Below the pieces are notes generated by a model, which had not been told where the DNA came from, made no database searches, and was given only the letters and a program-made list of their open reading frames with translations. A stretch of 64,000 nt of DNA from Chiloscyllium plagiosum (lineage: Eukaryota), in assembly GCF_004010195.1 (NCBI RefSeq), contig NC_057719.1:30413477-30477476 (forward strand), written 5' to 3'. Below are positions 1 to 11,716 of the stretch, in pieces (position 1 is the first letter of the stretch; every line of letters begins with the position of its first letter). The translations under genes were made by a program, and so were the position numbers.

Positions 1-704
1 ACAGTCCACCAATTGCTCAGCAACAAACCCAAACAAGCAGACAAAACACATCCAGAAACCCTAGCAACTCTCCCCTACACCACAGATCTTGGAAATGACT
101 GCCAGACCTCTTGGCATCATGGTAGCCCACAAACCCACCAACACACTAAAACTAATGAACTATACCTGATGTTACCTAGTATGGGATAATGAATTTGAAA
201 GACCCTATACAGACAACAAGCAAAACTAATGTCATTTACAAAATACCTTGCAAGAACCATAACAAACATTACATTGGACAAACAGGCAGAAAACTAGCCA
301 ACAGGATACATGAACATCAACTAGGCACAAAAAGACATGACCCACTCTCACTAGTATCCTTACATATGGATGAGGAAGGACACCACTTTGACTGGGACAA
401 TGCATGCATCCTTGGACAAGCCAAACAAAGACAGGCACGAGAATTCCTAGAAGCATGGCACTCCAACTGGAACTCTATCAACAAACACATTGACTTGGAT
501 CCCATTTACCAACCCCCTGAGAAAAAAAAACAGGAAATGACAGCACCACAGAAATCTACACCACAAATCCAAGGAAAACGAAACACAAAAAGCAGGCCAT
601 AATGCCAGTGCTTCATCCGGAGACTCACCTGATGATGTTACCTAGTATGGTGACAAAATGTCTGAAACCGAACCTTTCAGCTCAGCAAGCAAACCTACAT
701 CCAG
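1..704 (+). mobile_element. Penelope-like retroelement, 3' part: GIY-YIG endonuclease plus 3' region with a degenerate hammerhead motif
   Basis: ORF 189..602 reads NVIYKIPCKNHNKHYIGQTGRKLANRIHEH...AREFLEAWHS (GIY-YIG pattern). CTGATGA-t-GTTACC-tagtat-GGTGAC-AAAA-TGTC at 629-662. Confidence 0.88.
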
Positions 705-839
705 AGCTTCAAAGAGATGTAGCAACTCAAGATTTGGCATCCATGAGGTAGTGACTGTCATCAACAGTGGCAATGTCATACTCCAAAACAACGTGCAACC
801 TTGTGTCCCAGCATATTCCCCAAAGAACCATTCCGCATT

Positions 840-1010
840 TAGAAATAGATTGCTGTCCCTTCACTGTCATTGGGTGGCAATCCTGGAATTCCAGGATTGT
901 GGGTCTACTGACAGCGTATGGATTGCAGTTTTTTAAAAAGGAAGCTCACCACCTCCTTCTCAAGGGCAACTAGGGATGGACAATAAATACTAGCCTGCCA
1001 GGTATGCAAA
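840..1010 (+). mobile_element. 3' tail of CR1-clade LINE / Deu-SINE type
   Basis: gctcaccacctccttctcaagggcaactagggatggacaataaatac; the same tail recurs at ~22130-22210 and ~56070-56155. Confidence 0.6.
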
Positions 1011-1972
1011 AGAAATTTAAAAACTCATTATCTCCACAACTTAGAGTTATTTTTGGGGCTGGATCTTCCCTTTAGAAGTAGGAAATAGGAATCAGGAATG
1101 CTTTTGTACCCTGAGATCACCCATAGTGGTCAGTGATTCAGTGGAATTTCACAGATTCTCCTTTAGCTGGCAATGGAGATATGTTCCTAGTCTAATTAAG
1201 GATGGTGGACAGGTCTCAAAGCTACAGGGTAAAAGGCCTTCATGCTAGGAAGGTGCAACAGTCTGCAAGGGATAGTGTTTCAAATTGGAAGTTTCCTCTC
1301 ACCAACCTTTCTAAACGAAAATTATACAATTAAGCCAGTACTATAGGCGATTATGGTTGAAACGACATATACACTAAGCTGCCCTCGCAGGCAGTGACCT
1401 CTACAGCTCTCCGAAGAGCTGCCACTAGCTGCTCATTTCCAAGCATCAAAATGTACCAGCTAAAGCGAAACTGAAGGCCAAGGAATTTTTGTTCTATCAG
1501 TTGTAAATAGGCTCTGAACAAACCTAGTCAGTTACACATTGCTCGCTCAAACCTGTCTCTGCAAAAGGTGATGGTGGTGGTTAAAATTGCATGGGAAAAC
1601 AGCACATCAACTAATTTCAGCATTTTGGAGCTCCATATACCTCATTCTGCTTCCTCCCCATACTCCCTCCCCACCCAAGAGCCTGGAAATCCAACTCATT
1701 CATCAGCAGTAACATACTATGTTCATGAGTACTGCAAGCATGCACAAGTACATTTTTAAAATTCCAGAGACCATATAGTCCAAGAATAATATTCAAGTTG
1801 ATGAAGTGTGATTGAAGTATGGATTCTGGCATGATCAAGGAAAAAAAGAAACCAAGCTTTCACTTAGAATGTTTAGCTCTATTTTAACATCTTATGATTC
1901 TTTATTACAAAAGCTCAACAAATACATAGAAAATATAGATAGTAAATCAGCTTAAAGCAAATTAGGGAATAC

Positions 1973-2101
1973 CTCTTCTATTGTAACCATGGCAATGATG
2001 GCAACCCCTTGCTCCCACACCATTTGCCAAAAATCAAGGCAAGTGGTCTGGAGTGGTCCTTGCGTGGCAATGTAACTCCATTCCTTGCCTTCCACTATTA
2101 T
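1973..2101 (-). CDS. PTPN21: PTPN21 exon (~exon 16), PTP domain, 129 nt
   Basis: Encodes [43 protein letters not shown] (YIATQGP and [12 protein letters not shown] motifs). Acceptor ttacag, donor gtattc. Confidence 0.96.
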
Positions 2102-2261
2102 CTGTAACGAAAAGGAGAAAGGTATTGACAAACATGGTAAAGCGAACAAAAAGTTGTTTATTTCAAATATTGGCAAAGTACTTAAATTCAATGGAATTTT
2201 CAGGATTGCCATACTTGTAACTTTTCACAAACCAAAACAATTATTAAGCAAACCTAAATAC

Positions 2262-2480
2262 CTTAATATGCGATGCATTTATGTAACCAGTATTGTTCTC
2301 TTTTGTAGGCACTAACTCCACTCTATTATCATCATAGGGAATAACATCAGCAAATCGATTTCTTTCTGCATTTTCAGGTAGTAATGCTATGGTACATTCT
2401 GCTGTTGGGTGTTTCTTTGGAACTTTTTCATATTCTGTAAACACCATTTTTTGTTCTAGACGCTGCTCCAAAATTTTGCA
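2262..2480 (-). CDS. PTPN21: PTPN21 exon (~exon 15), start of PTP domain, 219 nt
   Basis: Encodes [18 protein letters not shown]...[39 protein letters not shown]. Acceptor ttttag, donor gtattt. Confidence 0.96.
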
Positions 2481-3082
2481 CTAAAATACAAAGCACATTT
2501 ACAAGAGCCATTTTATTTTAGATTGAACTTGCTGAAGCAGTCATGTAATAAACAGATTTCCAAAGCACACTTCACCATCGAAAACATCTTTTTCATTGCG
2601 TTTTGTAAGCAATTTGCAAGAATTTTTGCCTTTGCTAATTTTCTTCTTTCTCTAACAGGATTACGAACAATACAGGAGTGAATGTAAACACAGTTGCAGC
2701 AACCAATGAAGAATTAAAACCTGTGGAGACCTCAAGCAAACTGTAATAATTATAATACTATTGGTTAGTTCAGATCTTTATCGAAGGCAGAGCAACTTAG
2801 TCAAGCTATTTTATCCAGTTAGATAATTAGCATTTGTTTCTTACAGTCACTCATTTAAAAAAAAAAAGTCAGCTTTCTATTTCAGCCATGACAGCCCTCT
2901 ATCGCACTGGTCTAAGAGGCATCTTTAATACTTGAAGTTTTATATTTGTATTACTGCAAACAAATATCCTTTTCTAGAAATTCCAGTTTAATGCAACTTC
3001 CTTTTAGAATCCTACAGAAATTACCTTTCATGAGAATAATTTTTTAAAAACCCAACAATAAAAAGTACAAACTAATATATAC

Positions 3083-4203
3083 ATGACTTGAATGTGAACA
3101 CAGGAGGTGTGATTAGTACGTTTGCAGATGACACTAAAATTAGAGATGCAGTGGACAGCAAAGATTACTTCCGATTACAATGGAATCTTGATCAGGTTGG
3201 GCAAAAGTGGCGAGGAGTGGCAGATGAACTTAATTTAGATAATGACTTGAATGTGAACACAGGAGGTGTGATTAGTACGTTTGCAGATGACACTAAAATT
3301 AGAGATGCAGTGGACAGCAAAGGTTACTTCCGATTACAATGGAATCTTGATCAGGTTGGGCAGAAGTGGTGGCGAGGAGTGGCAGATGAACTTAATTTAG
3401 ATAAATATGAGGTGCTGCACTTTGGAAAAGCAAATCAAGGACAGGACTTATGCACTTAATGATAACATCCTAGGGAGTGTTGCTGAACAAAGACATTGGA
3501 GAGCAGGTTCGTAGTTCCTTGAAAGTGGAGTCTAAGGTAAACAGGATAGCAAAAGGGGCATTTGGTATACTTTCCTTTATTGGTCAGAGCATTGAGGATA
3601 GGAGCTGGGAGGTCATTTTGCGGCTGGACAGAATTATAGTTCAGCTACTTTTGGAGTATTGTATGTAATTCTGGTCTTTCTCCGATAAGGAGGATGTTGT
3701 GAAACTTGAAAAGGTTCAGAAAAGATTTACAAAGATGTTGCCAGGGTTGGAGATTTTGAGCTATAGGGAGAGGCTGAATAGGCTGGGGCTATTTCCCCGA
3801 AGCAAAGGCTGATGGGTGATTTTATAAGAACTTTATAAAATCATGAGGGGTATTGACCTGCTGTGCTGTTCCAGCAATAAAGTTTCAACTTTGATCTCCA
3901 GCATCTGCAGACCTCACTTTCTCCTGGATAGGTAAATAGGCAAGGTATTCCTCCTAGGGTCCAATCTAGAGGTGAGAGCAGAAAGTTATAGGGGCAATTT
4001 TTCCATGCAGAGGGTGGCCCATGAGCTGCCTGACAAAGTTATGCAGGCTGGTATGATTACAATATTTAAAAGGAATAGGAAAGTTTAGAGGATATCTGGG
4101 CCAAATGCTGGCAAATGGAACTAGTCTTATATTAGATATCTAGTTGGTATGGTCGAGTTGGACCAAAGGGTTTGTTTCGGTGCTGTAGATCTTTATGACT
4201 CTA
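3083..4203 (+). mobile_element. CR1 (HER1-type) LINE, 5'-truncated, with internal 159-bp tandem duplication and a PLE-end insertion at ~3856-3925
   Basis: RT motif FADDTKI, then LNLDKYEVLHFGK, and the typical 3' end ...ctttatgactcta. Confidence 0.9.
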
Positions 4204-4424
4204 GAAGGTGCATCCAGAGCCTTATATTTATCACATCAAAAATTTTCAATAACCAAAAGCTAAGGCATGGCTCTCGCTAAATTACGAATGTAAAGATTTA
4301 AAGAAACTATTAATTTCTTCCAATAAAAATTCTTCCTCCTAAAATACAGCTTCACTTTAAATTCTGAAGAATAAACTTTTAAGCTAAAATGCCATTACAT
4401 AAAAATAACTGGAAAGATTTTGAA

Positions 4425-4650
4425 ACAAAAACATAAATGCTGGTAAAGCTCATCAGGAGTGGCAGCATCTGTGGAAAGAAACCAGAGTTAACATTTCAGG
4501 TCAACTGATCCTTCCTCAGAACCGCTCTAAGAATGGTTCAGGGGGGCCAAAACATTAACTCAGATTTCTCTCCACAGATATATCAGACTTGCTGAGTTTT
4601 TCCAGCAATTTGTTTTTGTTTCCAATTTCCAGCATCAGCCGGTCTTTGTT
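4425..4650. mobile_element. Old palindromic PLE-terminus element
   Basis: Imperfect inverted arms (aaacaaaaacataaatgctgg... / ...ccagcaatttgtttttgttt). Minus-strand CTGAGGA...GAAATGTT hammerhead-like core near 4490-4519. Confidence 0.6.
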
Positions 4651-5635
4651 TTTATTTGGGAAAATTCTGAAATGATTTGAGAGATTTTGGAAGTAGTTTC
4701 ATAATTAAAACTCTTTTCCCGTTGTTTTATATTTGTTTGCAATAACATTGTTGCCCTTCATCAATTTTGTCAATAGTTAATGATAAAATGGAATTAACCA
4801 GAGGTAGCTCCTGATGGGTCAGTAATAATTAAACCTTAAATATTAACCACATATGACATGGCAGTTGTAGTATACTATGACTTCAGCACACTTGGATAAG
4901 GTACAAGGAGAAAAAGAAATTGCAATTCTTTTCACCTGTTCATGGGAGATGGGCATCCTGGGCTAGGCTAATACTTATTGTCCATGCCTCAACTGCCAGT
5001 GAGCTGTTGGTGAGTAATGCTTTACAGTGCTGTTGAAAAGGGAATTCCAGATATTTGCATCATGACAGCGAAGGGATGGCAATATAGTTCTAAGTCAGGA
5101 CGGAATGTGGCTATCTGAGAAAGATAACCTTTTTAAAACCTTGTCATATAATTTTTATTTTAGTGGATACTTATACATGCTTTCATTGAAATATGGATGA
5201 GAAAGACCTTTTAAATATTCGTTTACAACAGTATTTTTAACAATGAAAATATGCTTGAAATATCTACAAGTAAAATAACCTTAAGTTTTACTTTAAAAAT
5301 TCCTAAAGCTGAACCAGCGTGTTACTACTTTGTGAGGATTAATAAGCCCCACTGCTTCACATGTCTATTCACAAATGCACAGTTCCAATATGTAGTGTGA
5401 ATAGGAATGGGGAATTCTGGGTAATTTCCCTGCAGAAATGTGAAGCTCAATTGTACTACTCATGCCCACAGATAAAATCTCAGTAATTTTTTATATTTTG
5501 CAATTATCATTTCACTAATTCAATTGTAATTCTTGGTATGAAGAGTTTCAACAAACATTAGGTCTTTAACAGTTCAGTCTTCAAATAGTAACACTCTGAA
5601 TGTATATAAATAATGTAAATGATATTAAATCGTAC

Positions 5636-5779
5636 TCTATCATCATGTGATGTCTTGATAGGCTCATCTTTAATAACTTCAGGTAAAGGCTTTTGAAATG
5701 GTGTCAATCCATTTAATTCTGCCAGTTTCAGTGGTCCAATTTTCCTAATATCTGATATACGAGTTCCTTTTCTTATATC
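5636..5779 (-). CDS. PTPN21: PTPN21 exon (~exon 14), 144 nt
   Basis: Encodes DIRKGTRISDIRKIGPLKLAELNGLTPFQKPLPEVIKDEPIKTSHDDR. Acceptor ttgaag, donor gtacga. Confidence 0.9.
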
Positions 5780-7165
5780 CTTCAAAACATAAGAACAATT
5801 TTAAAAATACAAAATACATTAGTTAACAGCTGTAACAATCAAGAACACATTCACTCTCAGTGTACAAAATCTGCATGATAAGATTCTGCAGAGCCAGAAA
5901 TGATGCAAGAGGATAGAACAATTCAAATGAACAAAGCAAATATCTCTGAAATGGTCAAAGACCAAAGACAGATTTTCCAAAAACCAATCTGCTGCATAAC
6001 CATAAAGAACAGACACCTTCATAATAAACTGTTTACAATTCTTTCACATTCCCCACTTCTCACCAAGATAGATAGCACAACGTCAAGAATGTTTTTCTGA
6101 AGAAAGCATGATAATGGCAGATTTGAAAGAGAACAGCATCCAGGGTGACAGAAAAACTAATATCACTTAACAGATGCCAGAAAAGGAAGCTCGAGCATCA
6201 CAGTTTAAGATTTATACAAGATGAATTCAGAGGGGGCAGAAATGAAGCTAGAAGAAAAATTTGAAAAAACATTTGGGGAGATATTATAGAGAGCGAGAGA
6301 AAGCGCACGAGCAAGATACAGACTGCACAAACGAGATATACAGCGCGTGGAGATTGGACCGAGAGGAAGTTAATCCAGTGAGCCAAAGACAATAGGAGAA
6401 ACAGCAGAGATAATTTTTAGAACAAAACAGTTCAACAATTCTTTGCATTCACCATTAGAGATGGGGATGGAGATGGCAGGAAAAGGGTGATTTACGAGAA
6501 GGGTTTGAATGAAGGAGAAATCTCATGTTATCTTTGCCTTCCTGGATGGGTTTGAATAGGGTGCTGTTTCAGCAAAGGACAGATAAACTGGATACTGCCT
6601 TAAATGACCTAGCCAAATCTGGTGATGGTTCATTAAACAAGTTGTCTTCTAAAGACATTCAAATCTGTGCCACATAGACTTAAAAGTTTGAAGGTAGGAC
6701 ATATATCAAAGCAAGAGCCAAACAATGCCAAATATAGCACAGATGCTAGAAATCTGAAATAAAAACAAAGTGCTGGAGAAATTCAGGTCTAGCTGCATCT
6801 CATGGACAGAGAATCAGTTAACTGGAGTCTCACAGGACTCTTTTGCTAGAGAATTCCAGTAATTATATACTTTGTTTTGTCAGTTTTTGCAGGCCTAGAA
6901 CAACAATAAAGCAGCATTCCATGTACCCGGTTTTGGCATTTAGAAGCAACAGTTCAGCTATATCAAAGTGTTAGTTCAAATGGATGGCATAAGTGAGCAG
7001 GGACAAACAATGGTGGAACAGGATCTGGACATCTGGCCACATGACTGTGCATGGTTTCTGAAATGCAACTCTTTGGTGAGCATTGCATCTTTGCTGGGAA
7101 TGTATTGGCCATGTTCAATGATACATTTAATTAGGATAGTAGATGCAGCTTTAAACTAAATATGG

Positions 7166-7489
7166 GTAGACAACACTTTATCCAAAAAGCCCCAAAATCC
7201 GAAGGGTTTTTTTAAATGAAGTGTTTATCTCATTAACAAGGTTGTTTGACGTGCAAACAGTTAACCCCACACCCACTCGACGCATGTCACTCAGATATGA
7301 TGTGGGGGGCCATGGCTGAGCACTGGCAGGCCTCAATTCTGTCTCAGGGCCCATAGTACTCACTGAACCTGCTGTTCGGTAAGATTTTTAAAAATTTCAC
7401 CATTGAACTGTCACATTCCGAAATTCGAAAAATTCCGAATTCCGAAAACCAGCTGGACCCAAGCGTTTCTGATAAAGTATGTGTACCTT
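7166..7489. mobile_element. MITE / non-autonomous Tc1-mariner (Tigger-like) DNA transposon
   Basis: Imperfect terminal inverted repeats gtagacaacactttatcc...aaa / ttctgataaagtatgtgtac, internal ttccgaa repeats, no ORF. Family assignment is inference. Confidence 0.55.
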
Positions 7490-8065
7490 TGGTAAGGGGC
7501 GAGGGATCAAGTTTTGGAAATATATGATGATTGAACAGAGAAAACAAGGAAAGCTAAAAATAAGCAATGATGGTCAAAACATGTTAGTTTAGGACAGAAC
7601 ATGCAAACCTAAGAATGCAACAGCAGTTATAAATAGAGGTAAGGAAAATAGTAAAAAAGACAAAATCTCACGGCTCTGTATCTAAATGCACAGCATTTAG
7701 AACAAAACTGAAAAAGTGACAGCATAAATAGAAAAATACAAATGATCTGGTGACCATTTTAAAGACATGGCTGTAAGGTTTTAAAGACTGAGAGCGTTCA
7801 TAACAGTTAAAGAGGATAGGAAGCTAAGAAAAAGTAACACTTATACAATAAAGAGATGATCTTAGATCTCTAGATCACAATGCAGAATCAAACTGGGTAA
7901 ACGCAAAATAGAAAAGGTAAGAAGGTACTGGTGGGCATTGTATGTAGGGCCCCTAATAGTAACCACATGTTACAACAGGGTACACAGCAAACAAAAAAGG
8001 GGACTTGCGAAAAAGTAACTGCAAAAATCATGGATAACTTTAATTCATGTTGGGGGAAGTGATGA

Positions 8066-9088
8066 TGTAATGAGGACAGCCAGGTGGTTCGCAGAATAAG
8101 TTGCCTGATTGGGGCTGTTAGCCTGGTCCATTCGGGGAGCCCTGACTGACAGACATGACTTGGATGAGGAGGTGAGGGGTGAGTTAGTCAATTTGCAGAT
8201 GACACAAAGGTTGGAGGTGCCGTTGAAAGTATTAAGGGCTATTGCAGGCTGCGGTGTGACATAGGATGCAAAACTGGGCTAGAAATGGCAGATGGAGTTC
8301 AACCTGGATAAATGTGAAGTGATGCATTTTGGAAGGTCAAACTCGAATGCTGAATATAGGATTGAAGACAGGATTCTTGACAGTGTGGAGGAACACAAGG
8401 ATCTTGGTGTTCAAGTACATAGATCCCTCAAAGTTGCTATCCAAATGGATAGGGTTGTTAAGAAAGCATATGGTAGTTTGGCTTTCATTAACAGGGGATC
8501 AAGTTTAAGAGCCGCGAGGTTTTGCTACAGCTCTACAAGTCCCTGGTGAGACCACACTTGAAATATTGTGTCCAGTTCTGGTCACCTACAATAGGAAAGA
8601 TACGGAGGCTTTGCAGAGGGTGCAAAAGAAGATTTGCCAGGATGCTGCCTGGACTGGAGGGCTTGCCTTATGAAGCGAGATGGACTAAGCTCGGATTTTT
8701 CTCTCTGGAGAGAAGGAGGAAGAGAGGTAATCAAGGTATACAAGGTAACGAGAGACATGGAGAGTGTTGTGAATGCAAGGAATGCGCTGCCAACAGTGGT
8801 GGTGGAAGCAGAGTCATTTAAGCGACTGCTGGACATGCACATGAATTGAGGGGTCCATAGGTTAGGTTACTTTAATTTTATATTAGGATTAATTCTCGGC
8901 ATAACATAGTGGGCTGACAGGCCTGTTCTGTGCTGCACCTTTCTATGTTCGATATCAACAGGAATATGAGAGGCTCTGTTCACACTGGTAAGCTGGCTCT
9001 GAGGAAGGCAGACCAGTGTCAACTACTATGCACATGTAAATAAAGGGTGACTTGGTGATGGGATACTGGCTTTTGATGAGCTATTTCA
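8066..9088 (+). mobile_element. Solo LTR split by a nested CR1 insertion
   Basis: Begins TGTAATG and ends TTTCA (TG...CA). AATAAA at 9039-9044. Flanks gatga/ggtga form a near-perfect 5-bp TSD. Confidence 0.6.
8154..8951 (+). mobile_element. CR1 LINE 3' fragment nested in the solo LTR
   Basis: ORFs 8292..8549 (MEFNLDKCEVMHFGR) and 8522..8821 (LQLYKSLVRPHLKYCVQFWSP). Ends ttctatgttc. Confidence 0.9.
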
Positions 9089-9933
9089 GGTGACTGAACG
9101 TAAAGAGTAAAGTTCTGGTGATACTGGCTAAAATCCCACCATGGCAAATAATGAAATTTGAATTCAATAAATAATAACTTAATGGTGATCATGTAACCAT
9201 TGTTAATTGTTATACAGACTGGTCATGAGAGAATGCTTAGATCCCATGAATAAAAATGCAAGAATTTGCTGATGCCATAAAGATAGGTTGAAAATTAAGT
9301 TGCGAAGAGGATGTAAGTAGCCTGCAAAGGGGTAAAGATAGGTTGAGCAAATGGGCAAAAAATTTGGCAGTTGGAATACAATGCCAGAAAAATGTGAACT
9401 TGTCCACTTTGACAGGAAATATAGAGAAAACAACGTCATTTAAATGGAGAATGATTGTAGAATGGAGGTAGAGAGTTCAAGGTGTCATGGTACATGAATC
9501 ACAAAATCAACTTTTAGATACAGCATGAGATTAGGAATATTGCTATTTATCAGGAGAAATGGAAATAAAAATAGCCACATTTTGCTCCATTTGTACAGAG
9601 CATTGGTGAAAACACATCTGGAGTGCTGTGTAGTTTTGGCGTCATTGGCTAAGAAAGGACTAAATTCAAATCAGTACAAAGAAGGGTTTACACTAGTTCA
9701 TTCCATTGATATCTGGAATGGGACAGACTATGATTTGAGAACAGGTTGTAAGGCTGGGCCCAACATCCAGAAGAGGAGACAATCTTATTGAGATACAGGA
9801 TCCTAACAGAATCTGCCAAAGCAAATGCTGAAAGAATGTCCCCCTTGTGGGATAACATGAAATGATGGGACTCAAATTAAAAGCAAGTGATCTGAGAGGT
9901 GAGGAGAACTAAGATAGACAAAGTAGATGGACA

Positions 9934-10158
9934 AGGAGAAAGTGAGGACTGCAGATGCTGGAGATCAGAGCTGAAAATGTGTTGCTGGAAAAGCGCAGCA
10001 GGTCAGGCAGCATCCAAGGAGCAGGAGAATCGACGTTGCGGGCATGAGCCCTTCTTCAGGAATCATTCCTGAAGAAGGGCTCATGTCCGAAACGTCGATT
10101 CTCTTGCTCTTTGGATGCTGCCTGACCTGCTGCGCTTTTCCAGCAACACATTTTCAGC
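9934..10158. mobile_element. Young palindromic PLE-terminus insertion with two opposed minimal hammerhead motifs
   Basis: Inverted arms 9970-10063 and 10065-10158 centred on 10064. TSD tagatggacaag at 9924-9935 and 10163-10174. Confidence 0.85.
10069..10096 (+). ncRNA. Minimal type-I hammerhead ribozyme motif (intact core)
   Basis: CUGAAGA-A-GGGC-UCAU-GUCC-GAAA-C-GUC: conserved CUGANGA and GAAA boxes, 4-bp stem II, palindromic ACGU in place of stem III. Activity untested. Confidence 0.75.
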
Positions 10159-10430
10159 AAATTAGATGGACAAGACAAGATAGATGATAGGATAGATAAA
10201 TAAAATAGATTTGTGACTAACAAGGGAGTCGAAGGTTATCAGAAGATGGAGTGAGAGAAATTGGGCCTATATTTCAAAAGGCAGCTGAATGGCCTACTCT
10301 TGCTCCTAATATGTAGGAATGTATATACAATGAGCATTAGCTGATATTCCAAAGCTAGCCTGGAATAAATTGGAGGCAGAAAAGCTTTGGAGCTTGGTAA
10401 CATGGACTATACTGACAGTAGAACAGTTAT

Positions 10431-10642
10431 AGGAGAAACGGAGGACTGCAGATCAGAATCGAAATATGTGGTGCTAGTAAAAATACAGCCAATCAGGCAG
10501 CATCTGAGGAGCAGGAGAGGTGATGTTGCGAGCAGGAGCTCTTCATCAGGGAAGAGCTGATGAAGAGCTCATGTTCGAAATGTTGACTCTCCTGCTCCTC
10601 AGATGCTGCCTGATTGGCTGTACTTTTCCATCACCACACATT
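10431..10642. mobile_element. Second palindromic PLE-terminus insertion
   Basis: Arms tacagccaatcaggcagcatctgaggagcaggagag / ctctcctgctcctcagatgctgcctgattggctgta. Plus-strand CTGATGA...GAAA at 10557-10584. Flanking tgacagtag repeated. Confidence 0.8.
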
Positions 10643-11377
10643 ATGACAGTAGCACTATTATTCTTCAGGTGTCCTTGCAATGAATTGCAAGACTATGCAA
10701 CCTTCTAATGGTGCACCTGCTGCTTGCATTAGCACATAGGAATGTCAAAACTCTCAAATATAACTGATGACAAAATGACAGATGCTTGTTGGACTACCCA
10801 GCCTGCCTTTTTCAACTTGCATTTCAATTATGAAATATGCATCCAAACCAATAAAACATTTTTGTCACTTGCCATATCCTATTGCTTCTTCAGCTCAGGC
10901 AAAATAAACCTGGCAGTGTAATCCTTTCTCATGCGCCTTCTTAAATTAAGGACAGCATTACAGATTTGTTAAAAAAAATGTTTGTATTTGATTATTCTAA
11001 ATACATTTTTGAAGTAATGGAAGTTAGATGAAGGAAATGCAATAGATGCAGTCTAAAAGTGTTATTAAGTAATTCATTTTGAAACTATGACATTACAGAA
11101 TGATCAACAAAATTCAGGCTTATGGAAGAGGGTCACTGTCAACTTGGATAAAGTAAAACTGATTTAAGGACAGAAACCAGTGATTTGCAATAAATTAATG
11201 CCTTTCAAATTGAAAGATGACAGATAGCAGAGCTCCCCAAGCATCAGCACTGGGATCACTACATTTTTTATATATAAATGTCTTGGATACTGGAATACAG
11301 AGTGCAAGTTAAAAATTTCAGATGATACTAAACTTGAAGGTTTAGGAAGATAAAACTGATTGCAACAGGGCATAAGC

Positions 11378-11716
11378 TTTTGGATGTAGGTTTGCTCACT
11401 GAGCTGGAAGATTCGTTTCCAGACATTTTGCTACCCTACTAGATAACATCTTCAGTGGGCCTCAGGCGAAGCAATGCTGAAAATTCCTGCTTCCTATTGA
11501 TATGTTTGGGTTGGTGATGTTATTTCCTGTGGTGAAGTCATTTCCTGTTTCTTTTCTCAGGGGGTGGTAGATGGGGTCTAACTCGATATGTTTGTTGATA
11601 GAGTTCCGGTTGGAATGCCATGCTTCTAGGAATTCTCATGCGTGTCTTGGTTTGGCTTGTCCGAGGATGGATGTGTTATCCCAGTCGAAGTTGTGTCCTT
11701 CCTCATCCGTATGTGA
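11378..11716 (-). mobile_element. Penelope-like element 3' fragment (same family as 1-704)
   Basis: The reverse complement matches ~360-704 (FDWDN..ILGQAK...REFLEAWHSN coding part and the ...gcaaacctacatcca end). Confidence 0.85.

Larger units (their letters stand above)
9270..10320 (+). mobile_element. Older CR1 LINE fragment, interrupted by a PLE palindrome
   Basis: ORF 9525..9791 (LLHLYRALVKTHLECCV). CR1 3' end tgaatggcctactcttgctccta near 10290. Confidence 0.75.

Noticed and set aside
9934..10642. Repeated palindromes as a CRISPR-like array
   Set aside because: Eukaryotic intron with no regular repeat-spacer periodicity; the TSDs indicate separate retro-insertions.
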